Shown here: in pieces, positions 50,976 through 60,524 of the stretch
How positions within the stretch are numbered: the first letter of the stretch is position 1
Layout of the letters: each line of letters begins with the position of its first letter
Origin: Methanobacteriota archaeon
GTDB lineage: Archaea > Thermoplasmatota > Poseidoniia > Poseidoniales > Thalassarchaeaceae
Assembly: GCA_002708695.1 (NCBI GenBank)
Contig: PAOZ01000019.1
Span: 3,065-67,064 of the forward strand
Length of the DNA: 64,000 nt
Reading direction: 5' to 3'
Made by a program: the position numbers and the translations under genes
Notes under the pieces: model-generated
Told to the model about the DNA's origin: nothing
The model's input: only the letters and a program-made list of their open reading frames with translations
Databases searched by the model: none

Positions 50976-51686
50976 GTGGACCACACCTCGATAGGAGAAG
51001 GCGACTGGAATACTCTCCAGTCCAATCTAGAGGCAACTATCCCCGTATATGACCGAATCAATCGATTCGCCACATTTGGCCAAGACCAAAGATGGAGAAA
51101 AATGGTACAGGACCGGTTACCCATCAATGGGCGCATTCTAGAAATCGGATGCGGACCTGGTTCTTTTGCTGAAAATCTCGTTGGACGGGAATTAACGTGC
51201 CTAGACCCCATACCTGCAATGCTAGAAGTGGCAAAACCTAGAGTAAACAAAAAACGCTTAGAAAGAGGTGATTCAAAAGTAAATTTTGTCGAAGCAACTG
51301 CTGAATCACTACCTTTTGAGGATTCTACATTTGATGCAATATGTTCCCTTTTTTCCTTTAGAGACTGGTATGACAAACCCAAGGGATTAACTGAAGCACT
51401 AAGAGTACTAAAGCCAGGAGGAAAAATAGTGATTGTAGACCCTGCAAAAATAAACAGAATTCATGGCTTTCTCGGCTATCTATACATGAGAATATGGGTA
51501 GGATCTTATGCCAGATTAATTTGCAAACAAAAAGAACATCCATGGAAGTGGTTAACTAAAACTTACGTCCATTTCGGAACCACTCGCGACTATGTTAGAA
51601 TGCTGAAGGATACTGGGTTCACTGAAGTTAATTCAAAAGTTATCTTCCCAGGCATGGCAACGATTTGGGAAGGCAAAAAACCCTAA
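50976..51686 (+). CDS. UbiE/MenG family SAM methyltransferase
   Basis: YDRINRFATFGQDQRWR, LEIGCGPG, AESLPFEDSTFD, RVLKPGG. Confidence 0.85.
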   Translation: MDHTSIGEGDWNTLQSNLEATIPVYDRINRFATFGQDQRWRKMVQDRLPINGRILEIGCGPGSFAENLVGRELTCLDPIPAMLEVAKPRVNKKRLERGDSKVNFVEATAESLPFEDSTFDAICSLFSFRDWYDKPKGLTEALRVLKPGGKIVIVDPAKINRIHGFLGYLYMRIWVGSYARLICKQKEHPWKWLTKTYVHFGTTRDYVRMLKDTGFTEVNSKVIFPGMATIWEGKKP

Positions 51687-51690
51687 CGCC

Positions 51691-52788
51691 TCAATATATC
51701 AGAAACATTCGACGACAAGTGACTGCTCTCCAGATAATGCCCTTAGTTAAACGGTTGAAAAGCAAATTTAGAATCCAATCAGGTAAACGGAAAAGAAGAC
51801 TCCCGAATCGGAATGAACGCTTGGAGTTCCGCATAACATCTCCCATTTGATTTTTCCACCTTTTTTCATAATCTGTAAGAGGTGTGCCATCCTTAAGATG
51901 CTCTGCTATCACTTGACCTGCAATTCTTCCACCTACCATCGCGATTGTAATACCTGCACCATTTGATGGAAGCACCATTCCCGTTGCATCATTAACCAAT
52001 AGATAGTTACCTTTCACAAAGGTCTTGATTGTACCCGACATAGGAAGAGATCCTGCTCCCTTGAATGATATCTCTCCATTATATTTTGAAATAAATTCAT
52101 TTGCATATTGGTTCATTGTTTTACCTTTGGAAAAGCTCTTCTGTATTCCTAGACCAATATTGGCTCCTCTCGATTTAGGAAACATCCAGGCATAACCGCC
52201 TGGAGCCATGGAACCAAAATGTAATTCTACAGCATCTCCATAATCTCCATCCATAAGAACAAATTTTACAGGGATTTTCAAGGATTTTTCATCCCAATAA
52301 TCTCTTCTTAATGGATCGCTATGTCCACCTGCACCAACTATAACTTTAGCATGATAAGATTGGCCACTTCGAAGCTTTACCTCATTTCCTTCCACGGATT
52401 TGACATATTGATCAACGATATATTTTGCACCACATTTCTTGGCTAGTTCCACAAGTGCTTCATCATGAGCTACGCGATTTAGAACCAATCCCTCAAAATC
52501 AAATTTCAACGGTTTCCTTGAAGGAGGAACTATATGCATTTTAGAAGAGATTCTAGATATGGCATGTTTTGGTGTTTGAAACAAATCATCCATATCAGGA
52601 ACATCAGGGCAAAGTCTCCTCAACTCATCATTAGTAGGAACCAATTCTCCACATTGAAGTGGGGTTCCTATAGGGTCACGTCCATCAATAACCAAAACAT
52701 TCGCCCCACCTTCTGCAGCATATCGAGCTACCGTACTTCCAGCAGGACCTCCTCCAATTATGATAACATCATAACTATCTTCCACCAT
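51691..52788 (-). CDS. Geranylgeranyl reductase family FAD oxidoreductase
   Basis: GGGPAG, QCGE, PGGYAWMFP, P..GAGI. Confidence 0.88.
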   Translation of the reverse strand: MVEDSYDVIIIGGGPAGSTVARYAAEGGANVLVIDGRDPIGTPLQCGELVPTNDELRRLCPDVPDMDDLFQTPKHAISRISSKMHIVPPSRKPLKFDFEGLVLNRVAHDEALVELAKKCGAKYIVDQYVKSVEGNEVKLRSGQSYHAKVIVGAGGHSDPLRRDYWDEKSLKIPVKFVLMDGDYGDAVELHFGSMAPGGYAWMFPKSRGANIGLGIQKSFSKGKTMNQYANEFISKYNGEISFKGAGSLPMSGTIKTFVKGNYLLVNDATGMVLPSNGAGITIAMVGGRIAGQVIAEHLKDGTPLTDYEKRWKNQMGDVMRNSKRSFRFGSLLFRLPDWILNLLFNRLTKGIIWRAVTCRRMFLIY

Positions 52789-52792
52789 ACTG

Positions 52793-53773
52793 TCACACCT
52801 TTCTACCAAGCGATATCTCTGCTAATCCTTCCATCAGTTCCCTAGCAGGAGTAAGTGGCAACGATCTCAGATTTTCTAATGCATTTATCAAATGAGTCTC
52901 GATTAAATTTCTAGTATAATCGAATGAACCGGCTTCATTCAGTAACTCTGTTAATTCATTCCAATAAGCATCATTGAATGATTCAAGAATTTCAGACATT
53001 CTTTGTCTAGGTTCTCCGTGTAAAATAGTAAGTGCATGTATCAATGGCAGAGTCATTTTACCTTCATGTACATCTGTACCTCTAGGCTTACCCATAGTTA
53101 AATCACCAGTTAAATCTAGTAAATCATCTACCATCTGAAACGCTATACCTACTCCCATTCCGAATTTAGATAAATTATCAACTTCATTTTCTGGAGCGTT
53201 TGCAAGAATTGCTGCAGCAGCACAAGCATTTGCAAAAGGACCCGCAGTCTTACCCCTTACAATCTCGTCATAATCCTCTGGACGAGTGGTTAAGTCTCTA
53301 ATATGCCTCATTTGTTTCAATTCAGCAGCAGCAATTGCAGTACAAGTTTTTGATACTGAATCAACGATTCGTGTTTCGGCTCTTCCTCCTAATCCAAAAC
53401 CCAATACAAATAGATAATCTCCAACAATTATTGCTTGAGCATCTCCATGAGTGGTATGTAATGTGGGAGCACCTCTTCTTAGACGCGCACCATCATAGAT
53501 ATCATCATGCACCAACGTAGCAGTATGAATTAATTCAAAAGCTAAAGCCAGATCCATTACTTCGTCATTTAGAGTCCCACCTGCAGCCTCATGTGCCAAT
53601 AGCGTAAGAACTGGACGCCATCTCTTCCCACCTGCCATCAATACTGTACGCGCCATAGCCATCGCTTCTGCAGATTATCCAAGCATCTCTTTAGCAACTA
53701 AATCTTCCAAAGCAGCCTCTACCTTATCACGATATGAGCGAAGCCGCGCATCCAATTCTTTGCCCGCAACCAT
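52793..53773 (-). CDS. Polyprenyl diphosphate synthase, interrupted by in-frame TAA at codon 33 (or starting at ATG 53662)
   Basis: GGKRWRP, HDDIYD..RRG, GKTA, FQMVDDLLD; upstream in-frame MVAGKELD..EMLG*SAEAM. Confidence 0.85.
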
Positions 53774-53833
53774 GGGAACAAGTGTATGTCGGAGGGTTTG
53801 CTATATCAACAGGTGTACAGACGACAGGACAAT

Positions 53834-54835
53834 ATGACCGAGGAGGGCGTAGACAAAATTGGCGTTCTATCGACTCTTTCCCACCACTGCGCTGCCAGAT
53901 TAGATACGCTTTCGGGTCATCTTTCAGAAAATAATATCGAAAATGTTGAAAGTTTTATTGAAGGATGTGAGAATTTAGATCAAGGAAGAATTGATCTTTT
54001 TGTTGCGCCGAGTAATTTGGTTTGGAATGATAGAGAAATTCTCGCAAAAAAAGGATTGTCTATCGTAGCCGCGCTCCAAAGAAATCACCCTTTTCACGTA
54101 TTAGTTTCAAGTGATGACACTTGGCATCTCAAAGCTGATGCAATTGTTCTCTGTGATGAAAAAATCATACAACGACAACTACTCCGGAAGAGAGGTAAAG
54201 TACCACGTAGATTGAATATTAGAAATTATTCTGAATTTGATTTAGATTCAAATTCTGGAGAAGATCTCAGAAAGGCTCAGCAGATGATTAATGATGGTAA
54301 AATAGATGGATTCATCATTCCAAGAGGAAGCTATTCTCTAACTGGATTGAACGAAAGAAGACATGCGATGCTACCTGATGCAGAAGAAATGGCAGGAATG
54401 CGGTTTGTGCCAGCCCCATTTGTTGATTTGATGTTAGTTTTATCACGCCAAGGCTTTCACCCTCATGTTATTCAATCATGGACAGATAATGAAGCAAAGA
54501 ATGCATGGCTGGCAACTAAAGCGATTCTAGAAAGAACTCCTAAAGATTTGCATGATCGTATTGGTATCCACTATAGACAAAGAAATGTAGGTCCGATATT
54601 AGAAGAAGCAGAAAGGGTGAAGGATCTGTTCGTCCTCGAAACACTTCACGATCCTGAAGGAGAAGTTGACGACTTACTACGATATGAGATAATTGTCGAG
54701 ACAATCAATGGAGATGGTACTATGACAACGGGAATCGAAAGAGTCGGCCCTGTAGACAAATTATATGTCGATATTCATTTTATGATGAATGATTGGAATT
54801 CGATTCTTGAGGGTATACCAATGTCAGAAGAATAG
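53834..54835 (+). CDS. Divergent HemC (porphobilinogen deaminase)-fold protein lacking catalytic residues
   Basis: GRIDLFV, GLSIVAALQR..VLVS, DGKIDGFII, FVPAP follow HemC order; no HSxKD or cofactor Cys. Confidence 0.6.
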   Translation: MTEEGVDKIGVLSTLSHHCAARLDTLSGHLSENNIENVESFIEGCENLDQGRIDLFVAPSNLVWNDREILAKKGLSIVAALQRNHPFHVLVSSDDTWHLKADAIVLCDEKIIQRQLLRKRGKVPRRLNIRNYSEFDLDSNSGEDLRKAQQMINDGKIDGFIIPRGSYSLTGLNERRHAMLPDAEEMAGMRFVPAPFVDLMLVLSRQGFHPHVIQSWTDNEAKNAWLATKAILERTPKDLHDRIGIHYRQRNVGPILEEAERVKDLFVLETLHDPEGEVDDLLRYEIIVETINGDGTMTTGIERVGPVDKLYVDIHFMMNDWNSILEGIPMSEE

Positions 54836-54943
54836 AATATCTCGGCAATTCAGATTTTCGTGCAGAATGTACATTTCACCCTCAACCTTGGCGTAACCTA
54901 TACAATACCTAATGACGCGAAGGACATAATTGAGGGAAGAGAA

Positions 54944-56623
54944 ATGCAGGTAGACACTGAACGTCTAGCAATTCTCCATACAAGTAAATTAGAGGACCTC
55001 AAAGAGATTGCATCAGATGCAGGAATCCCTCGTACAGGTTCCGTAGAAAGACTACGTGTTCGCCTAATAATTGCTACAATAATACCTGGAGAAGATCTTA
55101 GTTGGGATGGAATTCAAGACATTTCTAACCAACAACTTACTAATTTATTGAAGATATTTGGAATAAAAAGTTCAGGTTCACAAAAAGATAAGAGGCAACG
55201 AGTGTGGTTACACATCTACCACGATCCAAAGAAACTCACAATTGATTCACTTACTGAAATGAATAGAGATGACTTACATGAGTTATGTGCAAGATTAGAA
55301 ATGCCTCGTTCAGGAAATAAAACACAACTCGTGGGAAGAGTAGCAGGAGTTCTATCGAATCAAGAAGGCGCTTGGGGCCGCATCAAAAGATCCGTGAAAC
55401 GGGGTTCAACTTCTTCCATTCCTACTGCAAAACCTAAGCCTCAGTCTCCTCCAGCCCCACCTGCACCGATTGCCGATACTCCTGAAACCACTTTAACTAA
55501 ACTAGAAGAAGTTGAAGAATTAACTGAAATAGAACCAGATATAGAAATCTTAGAAGAAAACCCTACAGAAGAAGAAATTCCAGTTGAAGAAACTAAACCA
55601 CTCACTGAAACAATAGAAGTAGGTGCAGAAATTGCATTCAGAGAAATGGAAAGTAGAGAAGCAGAATTACGCTCACTAATTCGTGATTTCCTAATTATTG
55701 GAGAACAATCTCCCGAAGATATTTCAGCATTTATTGAAGATTTAAACCCAAGAGGATTTGATGTATCTCATAATGTTGTCAAAGAACACATTCTAAATTT
55801 AATTCAAGAAATGGCGCAAAGAAAAGAGAAAGAGCATGAGGCTCAGTCACTATTACCTGGCTCATGGAGAGAAAGACAAGCAATAAGACGGTTTGAAGAA
55901 GAACGTGGACATTTGCTTGATTCTCTTGAAGAAATACTTCTAGCATCTAGAGGAGATATACCTAGTGCAAGAATGTCGTTTGAAAATTACGCAAAAGAAG
56001 CAGGATTAGACCTTGATTTACCTGCCATCAGTGGACGAGTACATGGCCTATTTGATCTCCAAATTTCACTTAACGACATGGAAATGGATATTGATCCAGT
56101 AGCAGCAAGAAGAGATCGAGCAATTAGATTACTTCTTCGAAGAGTCGATGAAATAGATGAGGTAGCCAAATCAACCTTAGAGCGTATGGAGCAGCAAATC
56201 GAAGCCTTGGAACGTATTGTTGAAACCGTAATTCGTAGAAACGACGGGAAATTCACATCATTAGAACATTCTTTGATGATTAGATTCCTTGAAAGAAGAG
56301 GATGGGATGCAAATCACCCTGAAGTGAGACCACGATTAATTGCAGCAGCAGGAGTCCTAGCGGTTGAAATGGGATACATATCAGAAGCAGAAATGCCAAC
56401 TCTTCCTGGACAAATTGCTTTAGATCCTGAACGAGTTTCTGACGTTGTTGATACACTTAATGATGTCTTGGAATCATTTGGAAAGAAGCCAGCACGAAGT
56501 GTGGAAGAATTAGATGAGATGGACGTAGAGGATGTTAATGAAATTGAATCAGCAAGAAGAACTTTGGACTCAGCTGATGCTATACTCGATCGATTAAGAC
56601 AATTGGGCGAAGAAGGAATCTAA
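54944..56623 (+). CDS. Protein with three tandem SAP-like motifs, Pro/Glu linker and helical C-terminal region
   Basis: LEDLKEIASDAGIPRTGSVERLRVRL; NQQLTNLLKIFGIKSSGSQKDKRQRV; RDDLHELCARLEMPRSGNKTQLVGRV. Confidence 0.7.
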   Translation: MQVDTERLAILHTSKLEDLKEIASDAGIPRTGSVERLRVRLIIATIIPGEDLSWDGIQDISNQQLTNLLKIFGIKSSGSQKDKRQRVWLHIYHDPKKLTIDSLTEMNRDDLHELCARLEMPRSGNKTQLVGRVAGVLSNQEGAWGRIKRSVKRGSTSSIPTAKPKPQSPPAPPAPIADTPETTLTKLEEVEELTEIEPDIEILEENPTEEEIPVEETKPLTETIEVGAEIAFREMESREAELRSLIRDFLIIGEQSPEDISAFIEDLNPRGFDVSHNVVKEHILNLIQEMAQRKEKEHEAQSLLPGSWRERQAIRRFEEERGHLLDSLEEILLASRGDIPSARMSFENYAKEAGLDLDLPAISGRVHGLFDLQISLNDMEMDIDPVAARRDRAIRLLLRRVDEIDEVAKSTLERMEQQIEALERIVETVIRRNDGKFTSLEHSLMIRFLERRGWDANHPEVRPRLIAAAGVLAVEMGYISEAEMPTLPGQIALDPERVSDVVDTLNDVLESFGKKPARSVEELDEMDVEDVNEIESARRTLDSADAILDRLRQLGEEGI

Positions 56624-57862
56624 TTAGTTAACTGTAGAGTGATACGTCTGTATTATTCTAGTAACTGATTCAATATCTCTAATGTCTCGGTTGACCAAAT
56701 CTGTCAAAATCTGTTCTTTTTGTCTAACTACTGCTTCAAAATCAGCAGGAGTACATCCTTTCGCAGTACAGATGATTTCTCTAACCTTGCTTGGAACTCC
56801 AGTTTCAACAATTTTTCCTTGACTTGCATCATACTTCCAAATTGGATTCAGGCGAGGAGTATCTCCTTCCATTCCTGCAATTTCAGCAACTTCAGTAATT
56901 CTTCTAATATTCTTCCCTCCAACATTAAGACGTGCTTGCATTATAATCAAATCTAGCGCATTCAGCATTATTGCAGGGACACTCATTGGAGGATTCACGA
57001 GTCTCTTAACGGTCTCATTGGCCGTATTTGCGTGAAGACTTCCAAATGAACCATCATGACCAGTATTCATCGCCATTAACATAGTTGCAGCTTCTGGGCC
57101 ACGAACTTCACCAACAATTACTCTATCAGGACGCATTCTAAGACTGGATTTCAAACAGTCATTCATGTCAATTTCAGATGTGCCGTCTGGACGTCTATCC
57201 CTAGTTTCCATTCTTAGCCAATGATCATGATAAATCTGGAGTTCAGCAGTGTCTTCTACCGATAAAACACGGTCAGACCATGGAACAAACATTCCGAGGC
57301 AATTGAGCGTTGTTGTTTTACCAGAACCTGTTCCTCCCGCTATAACGAAATTTGCTGGCTTTGCACCTAATCCGTCTACCCATGTCCAAAACATAGCGGC
57401 TAAACGAGGTGATACTGTGCCCCACTTTATCAAATCAACAATTGTAATTGGATCCTCTCTAAATTTCCTAATGGTTAGAGTAGGACCATCAGGAGAAACA
57501 GGAGGGATTGTCCCATTCACACGAGAACCATCTGGAAGACGGCCGTCGAAAATAGGCACCATACCTGGTCCATCTCCAAGAGGAACTTCGGTATGTGATG
57601 CGATATTTTTTGCAATCTGAATTCCTTCTTCATCTTCTACCCAAATATTTGTTCTACACATACCATGCTTCCTATGGGCAATCTTCACACATTGTTTTCC
57701 ACCGTTATACATCACTTCCTCAAGATCATCGTCGTCCAACAAAACTTGGAGAACCCCATAGGGATTAGCAGCAATTTGTCCATTGTATTCATAGAAAGGA
57801 GTAGGATGACCCTCTTCACTGTAAACAATTACATCGCCATATTGATCAATAATTTCTGCCAT
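56624..57862 (-). CDS. Type IV pilus/Tad assembly ATPase (TadA/CpaF/VirB11 family)
   Basis: LPDGSRVN, TIRKF, GGTGSGKTT, VEDTAEL, LRMRPDRVIVGEVRG, MNTGH..SLHA. Confidence 0.93.
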   Translation of the reverse strand: MAEIIDQYGDVIVYSEEGHPTPFYEYNGQIAANPYGVLQVLLDDDDLEEVMYNGGKQCVKIAHRKHGMCRTNIWVEDEEGIQIAKNIASHTEVPLGDGPGMVPIFDGRLPDGSRVNGTIPPVSPDGPTLTIRKFREDPITIVDLIKWGTVSPRLAAMFWTWVDGLGAKPANFVIAGGTGSGKTTTLNCLGMFVPWSDRVLSVEDTAELQIYHDHWLRMETRDRRPDGTSEIDMNDCLKSSLRMRPDRVIVGEVRGPEAATMLMAMNTGHDGSFGSLHANTANETVKRLVNPPMSVPAIMLNALDLIIMQARLNVGGKNIRRITEVAEIAGMEGDTPRLNPIWKYDASQGKIVETGVPSKVREIICTAKGCTPADFEAVVRQKEQILTDLVNRDIRDIESVTRIIQTYHSTVN

Positions 57863-57871
57863 TTTTATCCC

Positions 57872-58609
57872 TCAGAACATGTTCCCTGCCATGATGTATA
57901 CACCCTGAAACAATAGAGTGGACATCAACATCCAAGCCGGAGCAGACCAGAGATATTGACCAGTCCGACCAAGCATTCGACCACTAATTGCAACAGTTAC
58001 TCCTGTTGCTGCGGCAGAGAAAAGGTAGAGGGCTTCTAAGGTTGAAGCCAAAGGATATCCAGTTGATGGAGGTGCAAAAATCCCTACAATAAATCCAGTG
58101 ATACAAGGAAGCATAAGACCCATCAAAACTATCATTGTAAATGCTTGACCAAAGACCTTTTCTTCCTTTAACCGCATTAGAGAATTCAACTTCTCGTATT
58201 CTATACTCATCCTGTATGTTACTTCCTGTAATGGTGCCTGTTGTTCAAGAGCAGCATCCAAAAGATTGACTACTCTTTGAACCAAAGCACTTCTAGATTC
58301 AAGAGCAAATTTTGCTAATGCAGCAGTAAATGATGTTGCTTGAGCCCTAACCAAAGCTTGATCCAATAAAGTTCCAGCAACATCGTTACGAGACTTCGCC
58401 ACATCAGCAAAAGCTTGTTCAAGACCCAAACCGGCTCCCAACTCGGCTGAAATTAATTCCATCATCTCAGGTAAAGCACCATCAATACTGCTTCTTCTTC
58501 GGGATTCTAATGCCAAAGGAATCGCTCCTCCAATCCCAATTATTGCCAAAGGAAGTAAGAACATAGCAGTAGGGTTGTCATTTAGACGTTCCATTAATTG
58601 CCAAAGCAT
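57872..58609 (-). CDS. Type II secretion F / TadC-like pilus platform protein
   Basis: IDGALPEMMELISAELGAGLGLEQAF plus TM helices. Confidence 0.85.
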   Translation of the reverse strand: MLWQLMERLNDNPTAMFLLPLAIIGIGGAIPLALESRRRSSIDGALPEMMELISAELGAGLGLEQAFADVAKSRNDVAGTLLDQALVRAQATSFTAALAKFALESRSALVQRVVNLLDAALEQQAPLQEVTYRMSIEYEKLNSLMRLKEEKVFGQAFTMIVLMGLMLPCITGFIVGIFAPPSTGYPLASTLEALYLFSAAATGVTVAISGRMLGRTGQYLWSAPAWMLMSTLLFQGVYIMAGNMF

Positions 58610-58618
58610 CAAATCACC

Positions 58619-59191
58619 TCAGACTCCAGGATCCCTAGTATGGGCCTTTAGACCAATCATCCCCATTGCAAATACACAAAATGCAAGACCGCCGAATGTT
58701 GCCATTCGCGCCACACCTGGACCAGGGACATCGATTAACCCTGACGCTCCTGCAAAAAGATATGGCGCTACTGCCATCAATGGCAAAACAATTGGACCAA
58801 GCATTCCTACAGTCAACAAGGCTGTAGGCATTCCCTCAAGGGCTTCGATGTACTTCATTATACGATCTGTGCGCTCTTCTTCTTCCCTATCTGCTTGACG
58901 TCGTAAATCTGAAATCAAATCAGTATTCGATGTCACATTGGTTTTTAGTGTCGTAAGGAGACGTTTGTAACCTGTGGATTTTGTACGAGAAGTGGCCTTA
59001 GTAAGTTCATCTTCAATCCTTCTTCCGGCTCGAACACCATCCATAATCTTCTCCATATCTTTACTGATAGCACCATATCCACCTCTAGCGATATTAATCA
59101 ATACAGATTCAAGACCAACTCCAGCTCCTAAAAGAACATCAAACGCTCGTAGAGCGGCTAACAAATCTCGTTCTTCGGCTTCCATAATCAC
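58619..59191 (-). CDS. Type II secretion F / TadB-like pilus platform protein (short)
   Basis: ERDLLAALR..LLGAGVGLE, GYGAISK, two C-terminal TMs. Confidence 0.82.
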   Translation of the reverse strand: MIMEAEERDLLAALRAFDVLLGAGVGLESVLINIARGGYGAISKDMEKIMDGVRAGRRIEDELTKATSRTKSTGYKRLLTTLKTNVTSNTDLISDLRRQADREEEERTDRIMKYIEALEGMPTALLTVGMLGPIVLPLMAVAPYLFAGASGLIDVPGPGVARMATFGGLAFCVFAMGMIGLKAHTRDPGV

Positions 59192-59532
59192 GCCTCCGCA
59201 TCTTCAACCAAAACCAACTCAATCTCTCCCGATTCTGAATCATAAGTCATTTCTTGAATTGCTACAAGCATCTCTCTATCAATAAACGGATCAATGAACG
59301 AAGGTTGGCCTGCGCGGAATAATCCTTCCAAAACCTTGTATCCTCTAGTATCCACTTTTAGTCGAATGGTATATACTGCAGATTCCGAACCTTCATCCTT
59401 TACATCATCTCCTTCGCCACCGCGAACTAATTTACGTTCAAGACGCCTTTTTATGTTCACAGAAACGTGACATTCCTCTAATTGCATCCATTCTCCATCC
59501 TTTGCGCGAATGAAGCAAGAGATGCCTGACAT
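59188..59532 (-). CDS. Small hypothetical protein, possible phage tail-tube/DNA_circ_N-like fold
   Basis: GTGA-coupled to the tadB-like gene; RRL..GGEGDDVKDEG..YTI..FIDPF pattern. Confidence 0.55.
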   Translation of the reverse strand: MSGISCFIRAKDGEWMQLEECHVSVNIKRRLERKLVRGGEGDDVKDEGSESAVYTIRLKVDTRGYKVLEGLFRAGQPSFIDPFIDREMLVAIQEMTYDSESGEIELVLVEDAEA

Positions 59533-59541
59533 GTCTGTCCC

Positions 59542-59560
59542 TACCCCTCCACTGGAGACT
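59542..59560. repeat. Copy 1 of inverted repeat with palindromic core CTCCACTGGAG
   Basis: TACCCCTCCACTGGAGACT, matches the reverse complement of 62204-62224. Confidence 0.7.
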
Positions 59561-59591
59561 TGGGGGCATCAAGGTATCGCATTATCGAGAG

Positions 59592-60524
59592 TTATAAAAT
59601 CTCAAAGAAACCGAATTCTGGTTCTTGAATCAACGCTTGAACATCTCGAAGATCGTCGATGACCTCCTCGGCTGTTAACCGTACTACACCAACACTAGCA
59701 CAAGCACGGATGAGCGTATCATAATCAACTGGATCATCAGATGCATTCAAACATTGCAAAATTGCCTCTTTCGCTTTATCTATTGCTTCATCTCCCTCTA
59801 AATTCTCAACTGTTTTTGGAGAAACAGATTCATCAGGAACAGGAGATGTTTCAACAACTTCATCGGGTGGAGCAAGCCCTTCACTCATACTAATTGCACG
59901 CATGACCGCCACTTCGTAAACTGAATCATCGATATCACCATAATGTTCTCTTGACTTCAGGAGACCAGAAATAAGATCTGAAGGAATTCCTCCCGATTTG
60001 TAACTTATCTCCGTATTTTCTAATTCACGTGATTTTCTCTGAGCATCTATTCTTCTCATTGTTGCATCTGCAGTACGGGCCAACCAAACATGGTAGCGAG
60101 TTACGTCAATTTCCCTAAAACCTTCAGCACGAATACTAGTAAACACGCCACCATCTTCTGTTTCATAATGTCTTGAACGTCCCAACATCAATACTAGGAA
60201 ACGATCGCCTCTCTCAAATCTAGCAAGTATCTCTTCCGCATCAGCATGTAATTCAGGAGTAAATGGGGTAACATCAAACATATGTAAACCAGTAGAATCT
60301 CTCAAACGTCCACGATATCCCGGTCCACTTTCTGTATCTCTTCTTTCCATATTATCGATTACACCTGCTACCAACATCCTAGAAGTCATAGCACCAAGAC
60401 GACTAACAACAAATGAGGGGTCAAATTCGCCCTGTCCAACAATTGGTAGCGAAGATTGAGAAAACTCAATTGCAAACATCCTAAGAGCAGGTTGCCTCTG
60501 CCGACTAGATGAATTTGAAATCAC
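59592..60524 (-). CDS. Replication protein A second subunit / RPA-associated OB-fold protein
   Basis: RQPALRMFAIE, LVAGVI, RLRDSTG OB fold, C-terminal wHTH; GTGA overlap with rpa1. Confidence 0.82.
   Translation of the reverse strand: MISNSSSRQRQPALRMFAIEFSQSSLPIVGQGEFDPSFVVSRLGAMTSRMLVAGVIDNMERRDTESGPGYRGRLRDSTGLHMFDVTPFTPELHADAEEILARFERGDRFLVLMLGRSRHYETEDGGVFTSIRAEGFREIDVTRYHVWLARTADATMRRIDAQRKSRELENTEISYKSGGIPSDLISGLLKSREHYGDIDDSVYEVAVMRAISMSEGLAPPDEVVETSPVPDESVSPKTVENLEGDEAIDKAKEAILQCLNASDDPVDYDTLIRACASVGVVRLTAEEVIDDLRDVQALIQEPEFGFFEIL

Noticed and set aside
53675-53677. Selenocysteine or pyrrolysine recoding
   Set aside because: The stop is TAA, not TGA or TAG, at a non-catalytic position
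56624-59191. Archaellum motor (ArlI/ArlJ)
   Set aside because: Split short platform genes and no adjacent archaellin, ArlF/G or ArlH
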